Assembly (NCBI GenBank): GCA_038087875.1
Contig: CM075991.1
Location: 7,132,001-7,196,000, forward strand
Direction of reading: 5' to 3'
DNA length: 64,000 nt
Origin: Malacoraja senta
Lineage: Eukaryota
In this document: in pieces, positions 1 to 13,879 of the stretch
Position numbering within the stretch: the stretch's first letter is position 1
Layout: each line of letters starts with the position of its first letter
Program-made: the position numbers and the translations under genes
Notes under the pieces: model-generated
Database searches by the model: none
What the model was told of the DNA's origin: nothing
What the model saw: the letters and a program-made list of their open reading frames with translations, nothing else

Positions 1-343
1 TGGAAAAAGATTTGATGCGGGAAAAGCTTATCCACGACATATTATAGTGAAATTTCGAGACACTGCAGAACTGGAATATGTTATGACCCATATCAAATAT
101 GGTGTACAATTACGGCTGGACAAAGACACTATTAAGATATTCAGGGACTACCCACATGAAATTGTGCAAAAAAGAAACAAATTTGATAAGGTTAAAGATC
201 TTTTAAGAGGGAGAGAAGGGGTCAGATTCGGGGTTTTTTATCCCGCTAAAATGCGTATTTCTTTTAATGGTCTTGAAAAGTCATTTGTTAAGCCTGAAGA
301 CGCTTTCAAATATGCCCAAACGATTGTTGAAAGACAGAAATAA
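1..343 (+). CDS. L1 ORF1p C-terminal part (RRM/CTD), truncated by window edge
   Basis: Matches 61110-61452 of copy 2; motifs IFRDY and YPAKMRI; stop TAA at 341-343. Confidence 0.95.
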   Translation, partial: GKRFDAGKAYPRHIIVKFRDTAELEYVMTHIKYGVQLRLDKDTIKIFRDYPHEIVQKRNKFDKVKDLLRGREGVRFGVFYPAKMRISFNGLEKSFVKPEDAFKYAQTIVERQK

Positions 344-1148
344 AAGGGAGCTTTGGCAGATCTGAATAATTCTCAGCTATGTTTTGTCTGGGGATAGTTA
401 CATTGTTATCTCCGGAATGTTGAAGCAAGGACATTTTCTGTTCAAAACGTGTAAACAACTTTATAACGGGATATGAATTAGAAAATAATTGCTTATTGAT
501 TAAAATGTTATAACCAATTGTAAGAACTTATCCTATTAACAACTTTAAAAGTTATGCAGGTTAGATTAGAATACTAACAAAAAAAACAAAAAAATAAGGA
601 ACTAACATACTAATATGAATTTTTAATAAATTGTAACCTTGTCTATAAGCGGGAGGAGGGGATGAGAAACGAGCTCCTGGCTTATGTCCAGGAGCACGTC
701 TCGTTAACCCCTTCAACCAACAGCTGATTCTTATTGAAATCAAAAATATTGGTTTAATAATTAAACTCTGATATATATATATGTTATAAGGAAATATCAG
801 GGTAAAATTGTATTATATATATGAATGTGAGGCCTCGTTTTAATATTTTAATATGTTATGATTAACTAAGAGAGCGGAGCGAGTTGAGCAACAACGCAAT
901 GGAAGTCAAAATAAGGTTTTTTCCCACCTACAGGTGGGTCACTTGCTACAGTGCCGACTATAGACACTGTAGCCTCACTTTTTTAGTTTTTTTTTTATTA
1001 CATAAAATCACTTGTTTGTGTTTTGTGTTTAGTGATAAGAATAATATGGACATACCAACAAAAGTTAATAATTCAAAAACTCCCCCAATACCTAAAGACG
1101 TGGGATATGGACGCACCACAAGATTCAAAGGTACTATAATTATTCAAA

Positions 1149-4100
1149 ATGCATGACACCACACAAAAGAACCTAGGAGGAGTCTCATTTTGTAGTTGGA
1201 ATATAAGAGGTATTAATGAACCTATCAAAAGGGGTAAGATATTAGCTCAGCTAAAAATGTATAATTCTGACATTACCTTCCTACAAGAAACACACCTAAA
1301 ACCTCAGGACCAAGTTAGGCTGAGGGCGAAATGGATAGGTCAAACATACCACTCTTCATTCACTTCAAAATCTAGAGGCACGTCAATTATCATAAGAAAA
1401 GGTATACCATTTAAAGCAAAGAATATTATAACAGATATAGAAGGGAGATACCTAATAGTTAATGGAGAAATCCATGACACTCCACTTACTTTGGTAAATA
1501 TATATGCCCCTAACTTTGATAACCCCCACTTTTTCAATAAAATCTTCAATATAATTGCAGAGTCAAACTATCAAAATGTTATAATAGGCGGAGACTTTAA
1601 TTGTGTTTTAGACCCGTACTTAGATAAATCAAGTCAAAAACAGAGAGGGAATATGAAATCGAAAACTGGGGAACTCCTCAATACCTACATAAACAACACT
1701 AATATAGCAGATGTTTGGAGAATTGTGAATCCAACTGGCAGGGAATATTCGTTTTACTCAATGGTACATAAGACATACTCACGTATAGACTACTTTCTGC
1801 TGGATACAAAATTAATCCCCCAAACATCTAATGCAATATATCATACAAATTCAATTTCAGACCATTCTCCACTAACTTTCTTTTTAAAACTGGAAGGATT
1901 GTCTAAGAATAATTCATTCTGGAGATTTAACTCTCAAATTTTAAAAGATCCACAAGCGAGTATATATTTAAAAGAACAAATGGAGGTCTTTTTTCAAACA
2001 AATGATACTTCAGATATATCGCCTACTTTACTTTGGGAATCTTTTAAAGCATACATTAGGGGTATTATAATTTCATATCAAGCTTTTCAAAATAAAAAGA
2101 ATAAGAATGAACAAAGACAGTTAGAAGAACTTATTAGACAAATGGATATAGATAATGCTAAAGATCCAACAATAGATAAACATAATAAAATAATAATTTT
2201 AAAATTTAAATTAAATAAATTATTATCTGCCAAACTTATAAGACTTTTTCAAATTACAAAACAAGAGCACTTTGAATTTGGGGATAAACCGCATAAATTT
2301 TGGCTCGCCAGCTAAAAAAACGAGAAAAGGAACATACTATACAAAAGATCAAATCAGATAAAGGGGAATTATTAACAACACCGAAGGATATTAATAAAAG
2401 ATTTGCGCAATTTTACGAGAATTTGTATACATCTAAAACGATAATTGATTCCAATAATATCACAAAGTTCTTGGATACCTGTAATCTTCCAAAGTTAGAG
2501 CTGAAGGAACAAGAGGAACTGGGTGCACAAATCTCAATTAAGGAATTAGAAGATACAATAAACTCACTAAAAAATGGAAAAACACCAGGCCCTGATGGAT
2601 TTACTAATGAATTTTATAAAAACTTTTATGATAAAATAATACCAAGATTACAAAAAATGTACCAATACGCTTTTAAAAAACGAATACTACCTGATACATT
2701 AGCGGAATCAACGATTACATTAATACCTAAGAAAAATAAGGATTTAGAAGAACCTGGCTCATATAGAGCTATAGCATTGTTAAACACAGATCAAAAAATA
2801 TTAGCGAAAACATTAGCCAGAAGATTAAGTAAATACATTAGTAAATTAATAAACCCAGATCAGACAGGGTTTATCCCTAAGAGATACTCTTCTAATAATA
2901 TGAGACGTCTACTCAACATAATGCACTCACACAAATCTGAAGATCAAGAATTATCAATTATTTCGCTGGATGCTGAAAAAGCATTTGATCAAGTAGAATG
3001 GAATTATATGGATAAAGTATTACAAAAATTTCAACTGGGAGAGAATTTTATTTTATGGATTAAGTTACTATATAACAAACCTACAGCTAGAATACTTACT
3101 AATAACATATTATCCTCGAAATTTCAACTATCAAGGGGAAATAGACAAGGATGCTCATTATCACCACAGCTGTTTGCTCTCATTATTGAACCGCTAGCAG
3201 GAAAAATTAGAATACACCCTGATATTCATGGATATAATACTAAAGACTCATATAATAAAATATCTTTATACGCGGATGATATATTATTGTATATTACAAA
3301 ACCTCAAATCACTATACCAAATATATTAAATTTAATTGAAGACTTCGGATCTTTTTCTGGATATAGAATAAATTGGAATAAAAGTGAAATTATGTCAATA
3401 AAACCGAAAGATTCAACACATCTTTTAAAATTCCCTTTTAAAATAGCTACAGAAAAATTTAAATATTTGGGAATCGAAATTACCAGAGCATATCAAGGTA
3501 TGCTCAGGGCAAATTTTGACCCCCTACTTAATAAACTGAATACATTAATTAAATTCTGGAAAACGCTTCCGATGTCTTTAATAGGCCGAATAAACGCAAT
3601 AAAAATGATCTTTTTACCACAAATTTTATACCTATTTCAATCAATTCCTATATACTTACCTAAGAAGTTTTTTAAAAAACTCGACTCAGATATCACTAAT
3701 TTTATATGGGACTATAAATCACATAGAATACAAAAAACCCATCTGAATAAATCTAAAGTATTGGGGGGTCTAGCACTACCCAATTTTATGTATTATTATT
3801 GGTCAGTAAATATTAAAAACATGATTCAACTGATGGATAACTCCGCCCAGCAAGTAGACTGGATTGTAATGGAGAAAGAGGATTGCTCCTCTAGAAACAT
3901 TGGAGCGATCCTCCTCTCTCCAATGAAATTGAATAACATAAACTATAATAAGAACCCAATTATTCATAGTACAATCCGTATTTGGAAACAAATAAAACAA
4001 AATTTAAAATTAAGAAACTTATCACTTTTATTACCTATAGTCAATAACCCTTCGTTTAGTCCTTCTATTATAGATAAAGCTTATACACAATGGGATAGAC

Positions 4101-4939
4101 TAGGAATTAAAACGCTTGGTGACTTGTATGAAACTGGAAAATTACTTTCATTTCAACAATTACAAATAAAATATAAACTCGGAAATAATCAATATTTTAA
4201 ATACTTTCAAATATGCGACTATTTGAAAAAATATATAAAAGATCATCATAATAACCCAGCAGATGTACTGGACGAGGCAATGCAGACAAAAGCGGAATCA
4301 GCAAACTTAATATCATATTTGTACAATATTATCTTAAATGTACAAATACCATCTACGGAGGGTATCAGAAGAGACTGGGAACAAGAGTTAGCTATTAAAA
4401 TTTCAAAGGAAAGTTGGAATGAATACTTATTAAAAGTACATAAATGCTCGATTAATGTAAGACACACTTTAATACAATTTAAAATTTTACATAGATTATA
4501 TTATTCGAAAACTAAAATTCATAAAATTTTCCCAAACGTATCATCTATTTGTGATAAATGTCAATCCCAAGAAGCAACTATAGCGCACTCATTTGTCTTC
4601 TGTACAAAAATTCAAAAATTTTGGAATGAAATTTTTGAAATCTTTACAAAGTTATTTAAAACAAGACTGATACCCAAAGCAGAATGGATTATCTTCGGAA
4701 TAACGGAAGATGATCCAGAACTAAATGTGTTTCAAAAGAAATTAATGGATTATGGGTTAATAACTGGAAAAAAGCTAATTCTAAAATTTTGGAAGAAGGC
4801 TCCAATACCAACTATAAATATGTGGATTTCAAATATGTTTGAAACACTACACCTTGAAGAGATAAGACTCCTCCTAGCAGGTAAACCAGATCACTTCCAC
4901 CTGACGTGGTCTGCATTTATAGAATTATTACAAACATAG
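1149..4939 (+). pseudogene. L1 ORF2 (APE endonuclease, RT, C-terminal CCHC) broken by a 1-bp deletion at 2297/2298
   Basis: APE motifs SWNIRG, LQETH, GGDFN, SRIDY, SDH; RT motifs PGPDGF, LDAEKAFD, QGCSLSP, YADD, KYLG; CDKC..H..C. Copy 2 has an extra C (63407) that restores KPHKLLARQLK; the corrected ORF is 1263 aa. Confidence 0.93.
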
Positions 4940-6051
4940 GGTGCAAAAGTACTTTAAAAAAATAAAAAATTGAGGTCGGGTAAGGGGGGATGATAGTTGA
5001 AGAGTTGGTATGTCCTATTTACGTGATGCTCAAAAAAAAACATTTGTTTTTCTTTTTTTCTCTCTCTCTTTTCTTTTCTTAGGGCCTATTTCTTAACTCT
5101 TTTTCTTTTTGTTTTTAATTTCGCTCTCATAGGGTCCTCGTCCTTTTTTGTTGTTGTTACATTTTCTACACTTTTCTACACTTGCACTTTTTCCTTCACT
5201 TTCTTCTCTCTTTCAATCTTTTCTTTCTTTAGTGTAAAAAAAAAAAATAAAGGGAGTACATTAATTGTAAGAAGATATAAATGACGAGTATTAATGTATG
5301 TGGCTGTGATGTAATGTACTTCTAATAAATAAAAATTAAAAAAAAAAAAAAAAAAAATCAGGCCTAGTGACAGAAACAAGAACATTATCATCTGCGACAA
5401 GCATTTGAATTGTGTTTTTTGAATGAAATTAACAGCAGGATGCCATGAAAACACAAGCAATTGTGATATCTAAATGGAGCCAGGCTCATGTAAAGTATTG
5501 TACAGTAAATGGATAATGAGGGCACATTCAGAGGTGATTTAGACAAACATCACTGATTAAACTGAAAATGGCTCAAAACCATGGCCCAATTTGGATAAGT
5601 AGGGTTAAGTACAGTGAAAAAATTCCACACTGTGTGGAATATATTTAATAACGTTGCTGACACGATTTATGTGACCTACATTTTTTATAACAAATATTCA
5701 TGCAAAAGAATGCATTATAACAAGGCCAGGAGTGGTGTAAATCGCAGCTCGCTGCAGTTCAATGTTTTATGGCTGTGGCACGAAGGATGATTAATACTAT
5801 GGTATGTACGAGAAATTTTATAATATATTCAGTCTCGCTTTAAAGAATACTTAGTCATCAATTCAACACAAGAAGTTTAAGTATGTAACTTGGAGAATGC
5901 AAAACAATGGTAGATGCAAGGGTTTGATAATTACTCTTTGGAAACATGGTAATTTGTTTAAAGTCAATGTAGAAGAAGAATGTAAAGAAGGTTCAATAAT
6001 GAGAAGCCCTCCAGAAACGAATGAGTGACGGTTTCATGCTTCGTTTCATTT

Positions 6052-6347
6052 ACAGATACAGCGCGTAAACAGGGCCTTCAGCCCACCGACTCTGCGCCGA
6101 CCAGCGATCCCCATACACTAGCACTATCCTACACACGAAGGACAAATTACAAATGTACCAAAACCAATTAACCTACAAACCTGTACATCTTTGGAGGGTG
6201 GGACGAAGCCAGAGTTCCCGGATAAAATGCAGGCGGTCATGGGGAGAACGTACAAACTCCATACAGACAGCACCCATAGTCAAGGATCAAACCCGCGTCT
6301 CTAGCGCTGTAAAGCAGCAGCACTACCGCAGCGCCACTGTGCCACCC
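6052..6347 (-). mobile_element. HE1-like tRNA-derived V-SINE
   Basis: tRNA-like head, central GGAGTTTGTACGTTCTCCCC domain, CR1-like tail. Confidence 0.85.
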
Positions 6348-6825
6348 CTCTGGGAATTAAAAATTAAAAATTGTCTTAAAGGGTAACCTAAAAATATTTA
6401 AGGCGGGTAAATCTGACTTAAGACACAAAATGGTGGAGTAACAGCAGCATCCGTGGAGAGCATGGATAGATGACATTTCTGACATAAGAAGGGTCCCGAC
6501 CCGAAATGTGTTCCTGTCAATGTGATACTGCCTGTCACACTGAGTTACTCCAGCATTTTGTGTCTTTCCTCAGTAAACCTGCATTTGCAGTTCCTTGTTT
6601 CTACCTCTCTATTCGATAGATGGACTATCTTCCCTCTCCACTCTCAGTCCTGATGCAGGATCTTGTTTCTACAAATATGATGTTACATTGTGAGTGGGTT
6701 CATTTTGCAGAACACAATTGCAGTTAGTTTGGGTGCACCACACACAAAGGCAGAGCAGGGGAAATGACACAGATGCAAAGGGAACACAAAAAAATCTTGA
6801 ATCATTCTAGGGATGGATTGATTGA

Positions 6826-7125
6826 AAGATACAGCATGGAAACATGCCCTTCTGGCCCACCGAGTCCATGACGACCATTGATTCACAATAGTTCACACTA
6901 GCTCTTTATTATCCCACATTCACATCCACTCCCTACACACTAGCAGCAGTTTACAGAGACCAACTAACCTACAAACCCTTGCATCTTTGGGATGTGGGAA
7001 GAAATCAGAGGAAATCACAGGGAGAATATGCAAATTCCACACAGATGGCATCCAAGGGCAGGATCGAACCCTTGTCTTTGGCGCATTGAGGCCTGAGGCC
7101 TACCAGCTGCACCACTGTGCTGCCC
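6826..7125 (-). mobile_element. HE1-like SINE, diverged
   Basis: Same head, central domain and tail. Confidence 0.75.
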
Positions 7126-7978
7126 TCACAGGTCACAGGCATAAGGAAAGGTGAGCCTGTAAAGAAATTTGAAAAGAAGGAGGACAATTTTAACGAGGAA
7201 TAATAATCAGGAGGGGGATCGGCACCTACAGGGGTAATGGTGCAACACAGTCAAACAGAGGGCCATGGAGAGATACAGCATGGAAGCAGGCCCACTGAGT
7301 CCTCAATTAATATCAACCATACTTTTAACTGCAATTCTACATTAATCCTTTTCCCTTGCATTGTTATAAGCTCCTCCACTCACTTACACAATTTAGGCAA
7401 TTTACAGTGGCCAATTAGTTTCCCAGTCTGAAGAATAGGTCGAGACCCGAAACATTACCTATTCCTTCTCTTCAGAGATGCTGCCTGTCCCGCTGAGTAC
7501 TCTAGCATTTTGTGTCTATCTTCGGTTGAAACCAGCATCTGCAGTTCCTTCCTACACAAATTCCCATTCTGCATGTCTTTGGAGTTTGGGAAGAACTGGG
7601 ACCACCTAGATGAATCTCATAACACTGCGACTTGTGTTTGGACATGCGCTTGCATGATCTTGTTTGGAGGAGACAAATTACTTTGGATTTGGGGATCCTC
7701 TCAGGAGAACATTCTATCCTCACCTCCAATTTCATTGCCTTACTTGACCTTCAACAAATTGGAAGGCAAACTAGGGATAAGTCATAAATAAAACACAAAG
7801 TGCTGGGGGAACTCAGCAGGTCAGACGACATCCGTGGAAGGAAAGGGTAGGTAATGTGCTTGAGTAAAACACAAAGTGCTGGAGGAACTCAGAGTGTCAG
7901 GTCAGGTCTGTCACCTGTCCATTCCATCCACAAATGCTGCTTCACCCACTGAGTTCCTTCAGCACCTTCAGCAACTTT

Positions 7979-8262
7979 AGGGAGGCACGGTGGCGTGGCA
8001 GTAGAGTTGCTGCCTTAGAGCGCCAGAGACACGGGTTCTATCCTGACTACGGGTGCTATCTGTACGGAGTTTGTACTTTCTCCCCATGAACTGCGTGGGT
8101 TTTCTCCAAGATCTTTGGTTTCTTCCCACACTCCAAAGAGGTTCATTGACTTGGTGTAGTGTGTGTAGGATGGTGTTAATGTGTGGGGATCGCTGGTCGG
8201 TGCGGACTTGGTGGGCCAAAGGGCCAGTTTCCACGCCTTATCTCTAAACTAAAGCCAACTAA
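7979..8262 (+). mobile_element. HE1-like SINE
   Basis: GGCACGGTGGCG head through TATCTCTAAACTAAA tail. Confidence 0.85.
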
Positions 8263-10764
8263 ACCTTTCTCTAGGTTCCAGCAGTTCCTTGTGTTTTCTA
8301 GAGATAGACCATGGGTATTTTCAAGAAATGTTGTGCTTCTGGACCATTGCGATGTTGGTTAAAATGAGCACCATTGTTCTACTGCAAAAGTGAACAATTT
8401 CATAGTATTTGATTGGTATTCTGATAAATACAATGAGATAAATAAAGTTAAAGTCGTCGTACTAATTTCATAGTTGCCCTGGTGAGTTTCGCTGTCTGTA
8501 AAACTAATCACCTACCCACAGCCAACCATGGACCATTGTGGCTTCCACCTTTCGTTGATCATTGTTGCTTTTTGCACATTTTTCATTCATTTGTTTTATG
8601 TACCTTCTCTACCTCTGGTTTCCCTTTCCCCTGACTCTCAGTCCGAAGAAGGGTCTCGACCCGAAACGTCACCTATTCCTTTTCTCCAGAGATGTTGCCT
8701 GATCCAACTGGGTCACTCCAGCTTTTTGTGCCTATCTTCTAAATTAAGTTTATTTTCTCTGCTGAGTGAGTATTTTGAGGATGGAAGATTTTGTTCCCCC
8801 AACTCTCTCACTGTAGATTAGGTTGCACAATAACCCTTTTCCCTGTAGCTTTAAGTGTGAGAGTCTGGATATTTTGGTTGTGAATTGTGAATCCAGGCAT
8901 TTGCTGCTACTGGCAAACTTTCTACATTCTTAAATGACTGCCTTTGATTATAACTGTGATATAAATTTGCAGTTTGGTGTTTGAAGTGCTGAATGTATGA
9001 ATTGTGAGCAGTTTTTAATTACTTTTGTTGGTAAGGCACATGCCATTTGACACAAATAATATTGTAAAAATCTGCAGCGTGCCTTAAATTAGAATATTTC
9101 TGTGGAGCCTTTTGAACAGCTTTGATCCTGCTCATGGCATTAGGGTTATTAAATCAATTCTGTTTGAAAAGGGTCAATCTGTATCATAAGGTACCTTTCA
9201 AATGAAAAGGCAGATTTTTAAATAATTCATAAAGTGATATAAATTCATCACATGGGCTGTCTCACAATCGCAGCACCTCCAACAGAAGAGATGAAGCCAT
9301 CAGGAATAAAGTATGCAACTGCACAAATATGTACAAAATGTTCCATTTAAGAACATAGAATATTGAATAGTACAGCACAGGAACAGGCCCTTCAGCCCAC
9401 AATGTCAGTGCTACCAAACTTTGCAACCCACCCTAGACGTCCATCCTAAAGTTGTGTTACTTGAACTGATAGCCTTGCTAATTGTTCTATGGAAGTATAT
9501 TTGATCATATTTCTGCAAGAATTAGTTGAGCCTTATGACATTGACCACAATATACATGGTGTTTACGTCACTGGGCTGACAATCCACAAGCTTGGATGTC
9601 TGAAGATGGGCCTCGACCCGAAACGTCACCTCTCCATGTTCTCAAGAGATGCTGCCTGGCCTGCTGAATTACTCCAGCACGTTGCGTCCTTTTGTATATA
9701 GGCTGAAATCTCGCCATAGCATCCGGGGAATTTAAATTCACTGAGTTAAATAAATGAATAAAATGCCCCCATCAATATTTTGAGTGTGAGATGATCAGAT
9801 TGTTGAAGCCCCATCTGCTTCACCAGCATCTGCAATTCCTTGCGTCTACATTTTATTGCTTTGCCAGTATCGTTCAGGAAAGGAAAGGCAATGTGGAGTG
9901 TGTCCTACTCCAAACCAACAGCATTTGTATATGATGCTCAACTGCCCTCTGAAACGGCCCATTAAACCACTTGGTTCAAGACAATTAGGGATAGATAGTA
10001 AATACTGGCATTACCAATGGCCCCGAGTCTGTGAACAAATTATAAAAGAAACGGTTAATGACAAGAATGCTGTATTGGGCAATGGAGATGGATTGATCAT
10101 ATAATAATCTCCTTCTTAATAGACCTTTACCAATGAGCAGAGATATGAAAATCAGTGTTCCATGGAGATGGAACTGTGTTTTAAGTAGTTTCTGACTATT
10201 AAGACAATTTGTGTAAACAGCACAGTTCCTGAATTTGTGCTTTTAATTACTAACTCTTCCCCTTGGGGGAAGAAAGTGCTTAAATAACTATGTCTCAATG
10301 TCATTCTGGTACTGTTTCCAGGGCAAATTGAATCAGTAATGCTAGCCCTCTGCTTAACACTCAGGAAGGGTTTATTGACATCAAGACATTCTGGTTTTAG
10401 AAATCTTATCTTATAAGGAGAAACCAGCTTATCGCTGGCTGAATGAACACATAGGAATTAAGTTGCTTTTATTTTTCTCACTGTAATACTTGGGGAGAAA
10501 AAGTTGTTGTTATAAGCAGCCAAATATTTACAAGTATATAAAATTATGAGAGGCATAGATAGGGCAGTGAGTCAGAACCTTTTTATCCAGGGTGGAAATA
10601 TCAAATTAAAGGGCGCAGCTTTAAGGTCATTGGGGCACAGATTAAAGCAGATGCAAGGGGCAAGTTTTTTTTTAACTGTTTCTATGTTCCTTGCTTGATG
10701 TCATGTTTCAAGTGAAATATCTGCAGAGTGATGGTCATAACAAATGCAAACCTCCCTTGCCCTC

Positions 10765-11008
10765 AGATGCTGGTTTACACCAAAGATAGACACAAAAAAC
10801 AAGATTAACTCAGTGGGTCAGACAACATCTCTGGAGAAAAGGAATCAGTGACGTTTCAGGTCGAGTCCCTTCTTCTGACCTCGATCCGGTCTCGACCTAA
10901 AACGTCACCTATTCCTTTTCTCCAGAGATGCTGTCTGACCCGCTGAGTTACTCCAGGTTTTTGTGTGTACCTTAGGTGAAAACCAGCATCTGCAGTTCCT
11001 TCCTACAC
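10765..11008. repeat. Inverted pair of Penelope terminal repeats
   Basis: Two ~110-bp arms in opposite orientation; degenerate flanking repeat TCCCTTGCCCT / TCACTTGGCCT. Confidence 0.85.
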
Positions 11009-11811
11009 ATCACTTGGCCTTGCACGTACTCTCACAAGGTGTTCCATATTAATAAAACAAATGTAACAAGCACAGCATGTTTTAGATAAGAACCCCTTGC
11101 AAGCTGAAATTGCTAATTGCTTCATGTTTTGAAACTGAATGGTGAAAGCTAGGGCAATGGATAAGTGATTTTGATTAATAAATCAAATTAGAATGTGTGG
11201 ACCTTGTGGAAGTAGTGCTGCCGAATCAATAATATAGTCTATCCCTAAATGTTTGCAAGTTGTCCTTATTATTAGTTCTAACCGTGTGCACCAACTGCAC
11301 CCTGCAAAAATGTGTATGGAAATATCTGATTTTGATTCTATCTAACTGTAAATCAACTATTATTTACAACTGTGAAGTCATCGAGTCATACCGCACGGAA
11401 ACAGGCCCTTCAGCCCAACTTGCCCTTGGCGACCAGCATGCCCCATCTACGCTAGTCGCGCCTGCCCACATTAGCCGACATCCCTCCAAACCTCTCCTAT
11501 CCTTGTACCCGTCCATTATGGATATCTCATAACTTGACCAATGTCTTACAAAATAATTTGTTCTTTGAATTCTGTTCTTGGAAATAGTTCCTGTTTTACT
11601 CTCTTGACAATTACAGTTGTCCTCCTTTCAGTGCCGTTTTTCCCTCTCATCTGGTGGTTACTATATTAGGAAATATTTTCCATTGGGCTTAGATGCCCGA
11701 TATTTTGAAGTTGTGATATTGTTACTTCTGTTTTTGATTCCCGTTCAGCACACTGCAGACCTCACTTTCTTGCATTCAATCTACTATAAGAATCAAATCA
11801 TTTTGGCAGCT

Positions 11812-12098
11812 TTGGAAACAAGCCCTTCGACCCACCGAATCCACACTGACCAGCGATCCCCGCACATTAATGCTATCCTACACACACTAGGGGCAATTTT
11901 TATATTCATACCCAGCCAATTAACCTACAAACCTGTACGTCTTTGGAGTGTGAGTGGAAACCGGAGCACCCGGAGAAAATTCACACGGGTCACGGGGGAA
12001 CATACAAACTCCGTACAGACAGCACATGTAGTCGGGATTGAACCCGGGTCGCTGGCGCTTTAAGTGCTGTAAGGTAGCAACTCTCATGCTATGCCACC
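11812..12098 (-). mobile_element. HE1-like SINE
   Basis: Matches the other copies in the window. Confidence 0.85.
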
Positions 12099-12596
12099 TT
12101 TGAAAGACGAAAATAATCCCGAAACAACTTTGATAAGATTGGTTTGCATCTTTGATAATGAGCACTGACTGCGAGATGGAGAGCGCACACATTATCCTAA
12201 TTATACAGACAGTTTTTACTTTATTGTGTTTGTGCTAGGCTTGAATCTGCTGAATTATTTTTAGTGCATTCTAACTTAAATCTTGTTGCGGTTGTTAAAA
12301 AAATGTATGAAGTCAAGGTGAGGTTGAGTAAATCTCCCTATGATTAAAAGTGGCACAGGAAATATGTCATGGCAGGTGTTTTATGTCAGCCCTTCCATAG
12401 GTAGCGCATTGGTTTGGATGTTCACAGAAAAATTGGGCATTTTATAGGTTATTTTTATTTGTGCTATTTTAATTTAATACTTTGCCCCAGGCATTTGCAT
12501 TAGCCTATGCATCACTTCAGAAGGAAGTGGTTAAATAATAGTTATTAATTTTTTTTAGTTTAGTTTAACTTCCGAATTCCAAACTTCAAGGTATGT

Positions 12597-12900
12597 GGGC
12601 GACACCGTGGTGTAGCGGTTGAGCTACCGCCTTACAACGCCAGAGACCCGGGTTCGATCCCGACTACGGGTGCTGTCTGTACAGAGTTTGTACGTTCTCC
12701 CCGTGACCAGTGTGACTTTTCTCCGAGATCTCCGGTTTCCTCCCACGCTACAAAGACATACAGGCTTGTAGGTTAATTGGCTTGGTATAATTGTAAATTG
12801 TCCCTAGTGTGTAGGGTAGTGTTAATACGCGGGGATCACTGGTCGGCATGGACTCGGTGGGCCGAAGGGCCTGTTTCCGCGCTGTATCTTTAAGCTAAAC
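12597..12900 (+). mobile_element. HE1-like SINE, well preserved
   Basis: A box TGGTGTAGCGG, B box GGTTCGATCCC (12651-12661), central domain, GGGCCGAAGGGCCTGTTTCC tail. Confidence 0.9.
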
Positions 12901-13879
12901 GTGATATCTCTAAGTTTCCCAGCCATAATAACTTGCTTAGAACTGTCATAGATAGGATCTTCTCTCATATGATTGTCCACACTGACAATTTCCTTGCTTC
13001 TGCGCTAAGGAACAGAGGTATAGGTTTGAACAGTTTGAATAATATGACACAAATATCTTGGACGATTTTCTCAATTTTTCTGCTGCAGTCTCAGAGGAAG
13101 GAACTGAAGGAAGAAAAGAAGCAATATAAAGTAAAACAACAAGCTTTATGTGTTAATGAATCTATAGGACCCGCTTGGGAAGGCATTGTTGGATGGCAGA
13201 CGATATTGCTGAGAATTTTGTGGAGAGTTTTCTTTTAATTTAATGACTGTTGCTTCTTCTAGACAAGTTGTGGCCAATCTTCAATCCACCTAAACTGGAA
13301 AATATGATAAACCTGCCAAATTTTACCTCAGAATCAGCAGTAATGAAATATAAAAAATCGGCACTCTCTCTTGAGCACGTTATGGGAAAAAATTAATCAT
13401 GACATGGAAGATATACACAAAGAACAAATGTCCTTTTCCAAAGTTGAGCAACATAATTCCTTTGCTATGGAGAGAAGGAATGGGTGACATTTCGGGACTC
13501 AACTCGAAACGTCACCCATTCCTTCTCTCCAGAGATGCTCCCACTGAGTTACTCCAGCATTTTGTCTCTATCTTCAGTTTTGTCCCTATCTTCATTTTGT
13601 CTATCTTCAGCACCTACAGTTCCTATCTACATAATTCCTTTACTTGCAGTCTCTTTAATTATTATCTCATTACCGAGAAGGGTGTTATTATGCTCAAGGA
13701 AAATTGATTTGCCTGGATACAGTGGGCCGGAGGGCTTGTTTCTGCGTTCTATGATTTATATTAAAGATTTTGAACTTGTTTGCTGCAAATTTCTAGATGC
13801 ACATAACGGAATGAATTCCTTAGGACTTCCTTAACGACGGGATATTCTGAAAACCATTATGTAGTATCTCTGTCAGGTA

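Larger units (their letters stand above)
1..5357 (+). mobile_element. L1 LINE, copy 1 (5' part lies outside the window)
   Basis: End of ORF1, 805-bp spacer, APE-RT ORF2, T-rich 3' UTR, AATAAA at 5324-5329 and A20 tail at 5338-5357, followed by TCAGGCCT. Confidence 0.97.

Noticed and set aside
12597..12670. tRNA gene
   Set aside because: tRNA-like head continues into a SINE body and tail; the same holds for all such copies.
13089..13130. Purine-rich exon-like segment SQRKELKEEKKQYK
   Set aside because: Acceptor plausible but donor weak (AAA|GTAAAA); no other support.
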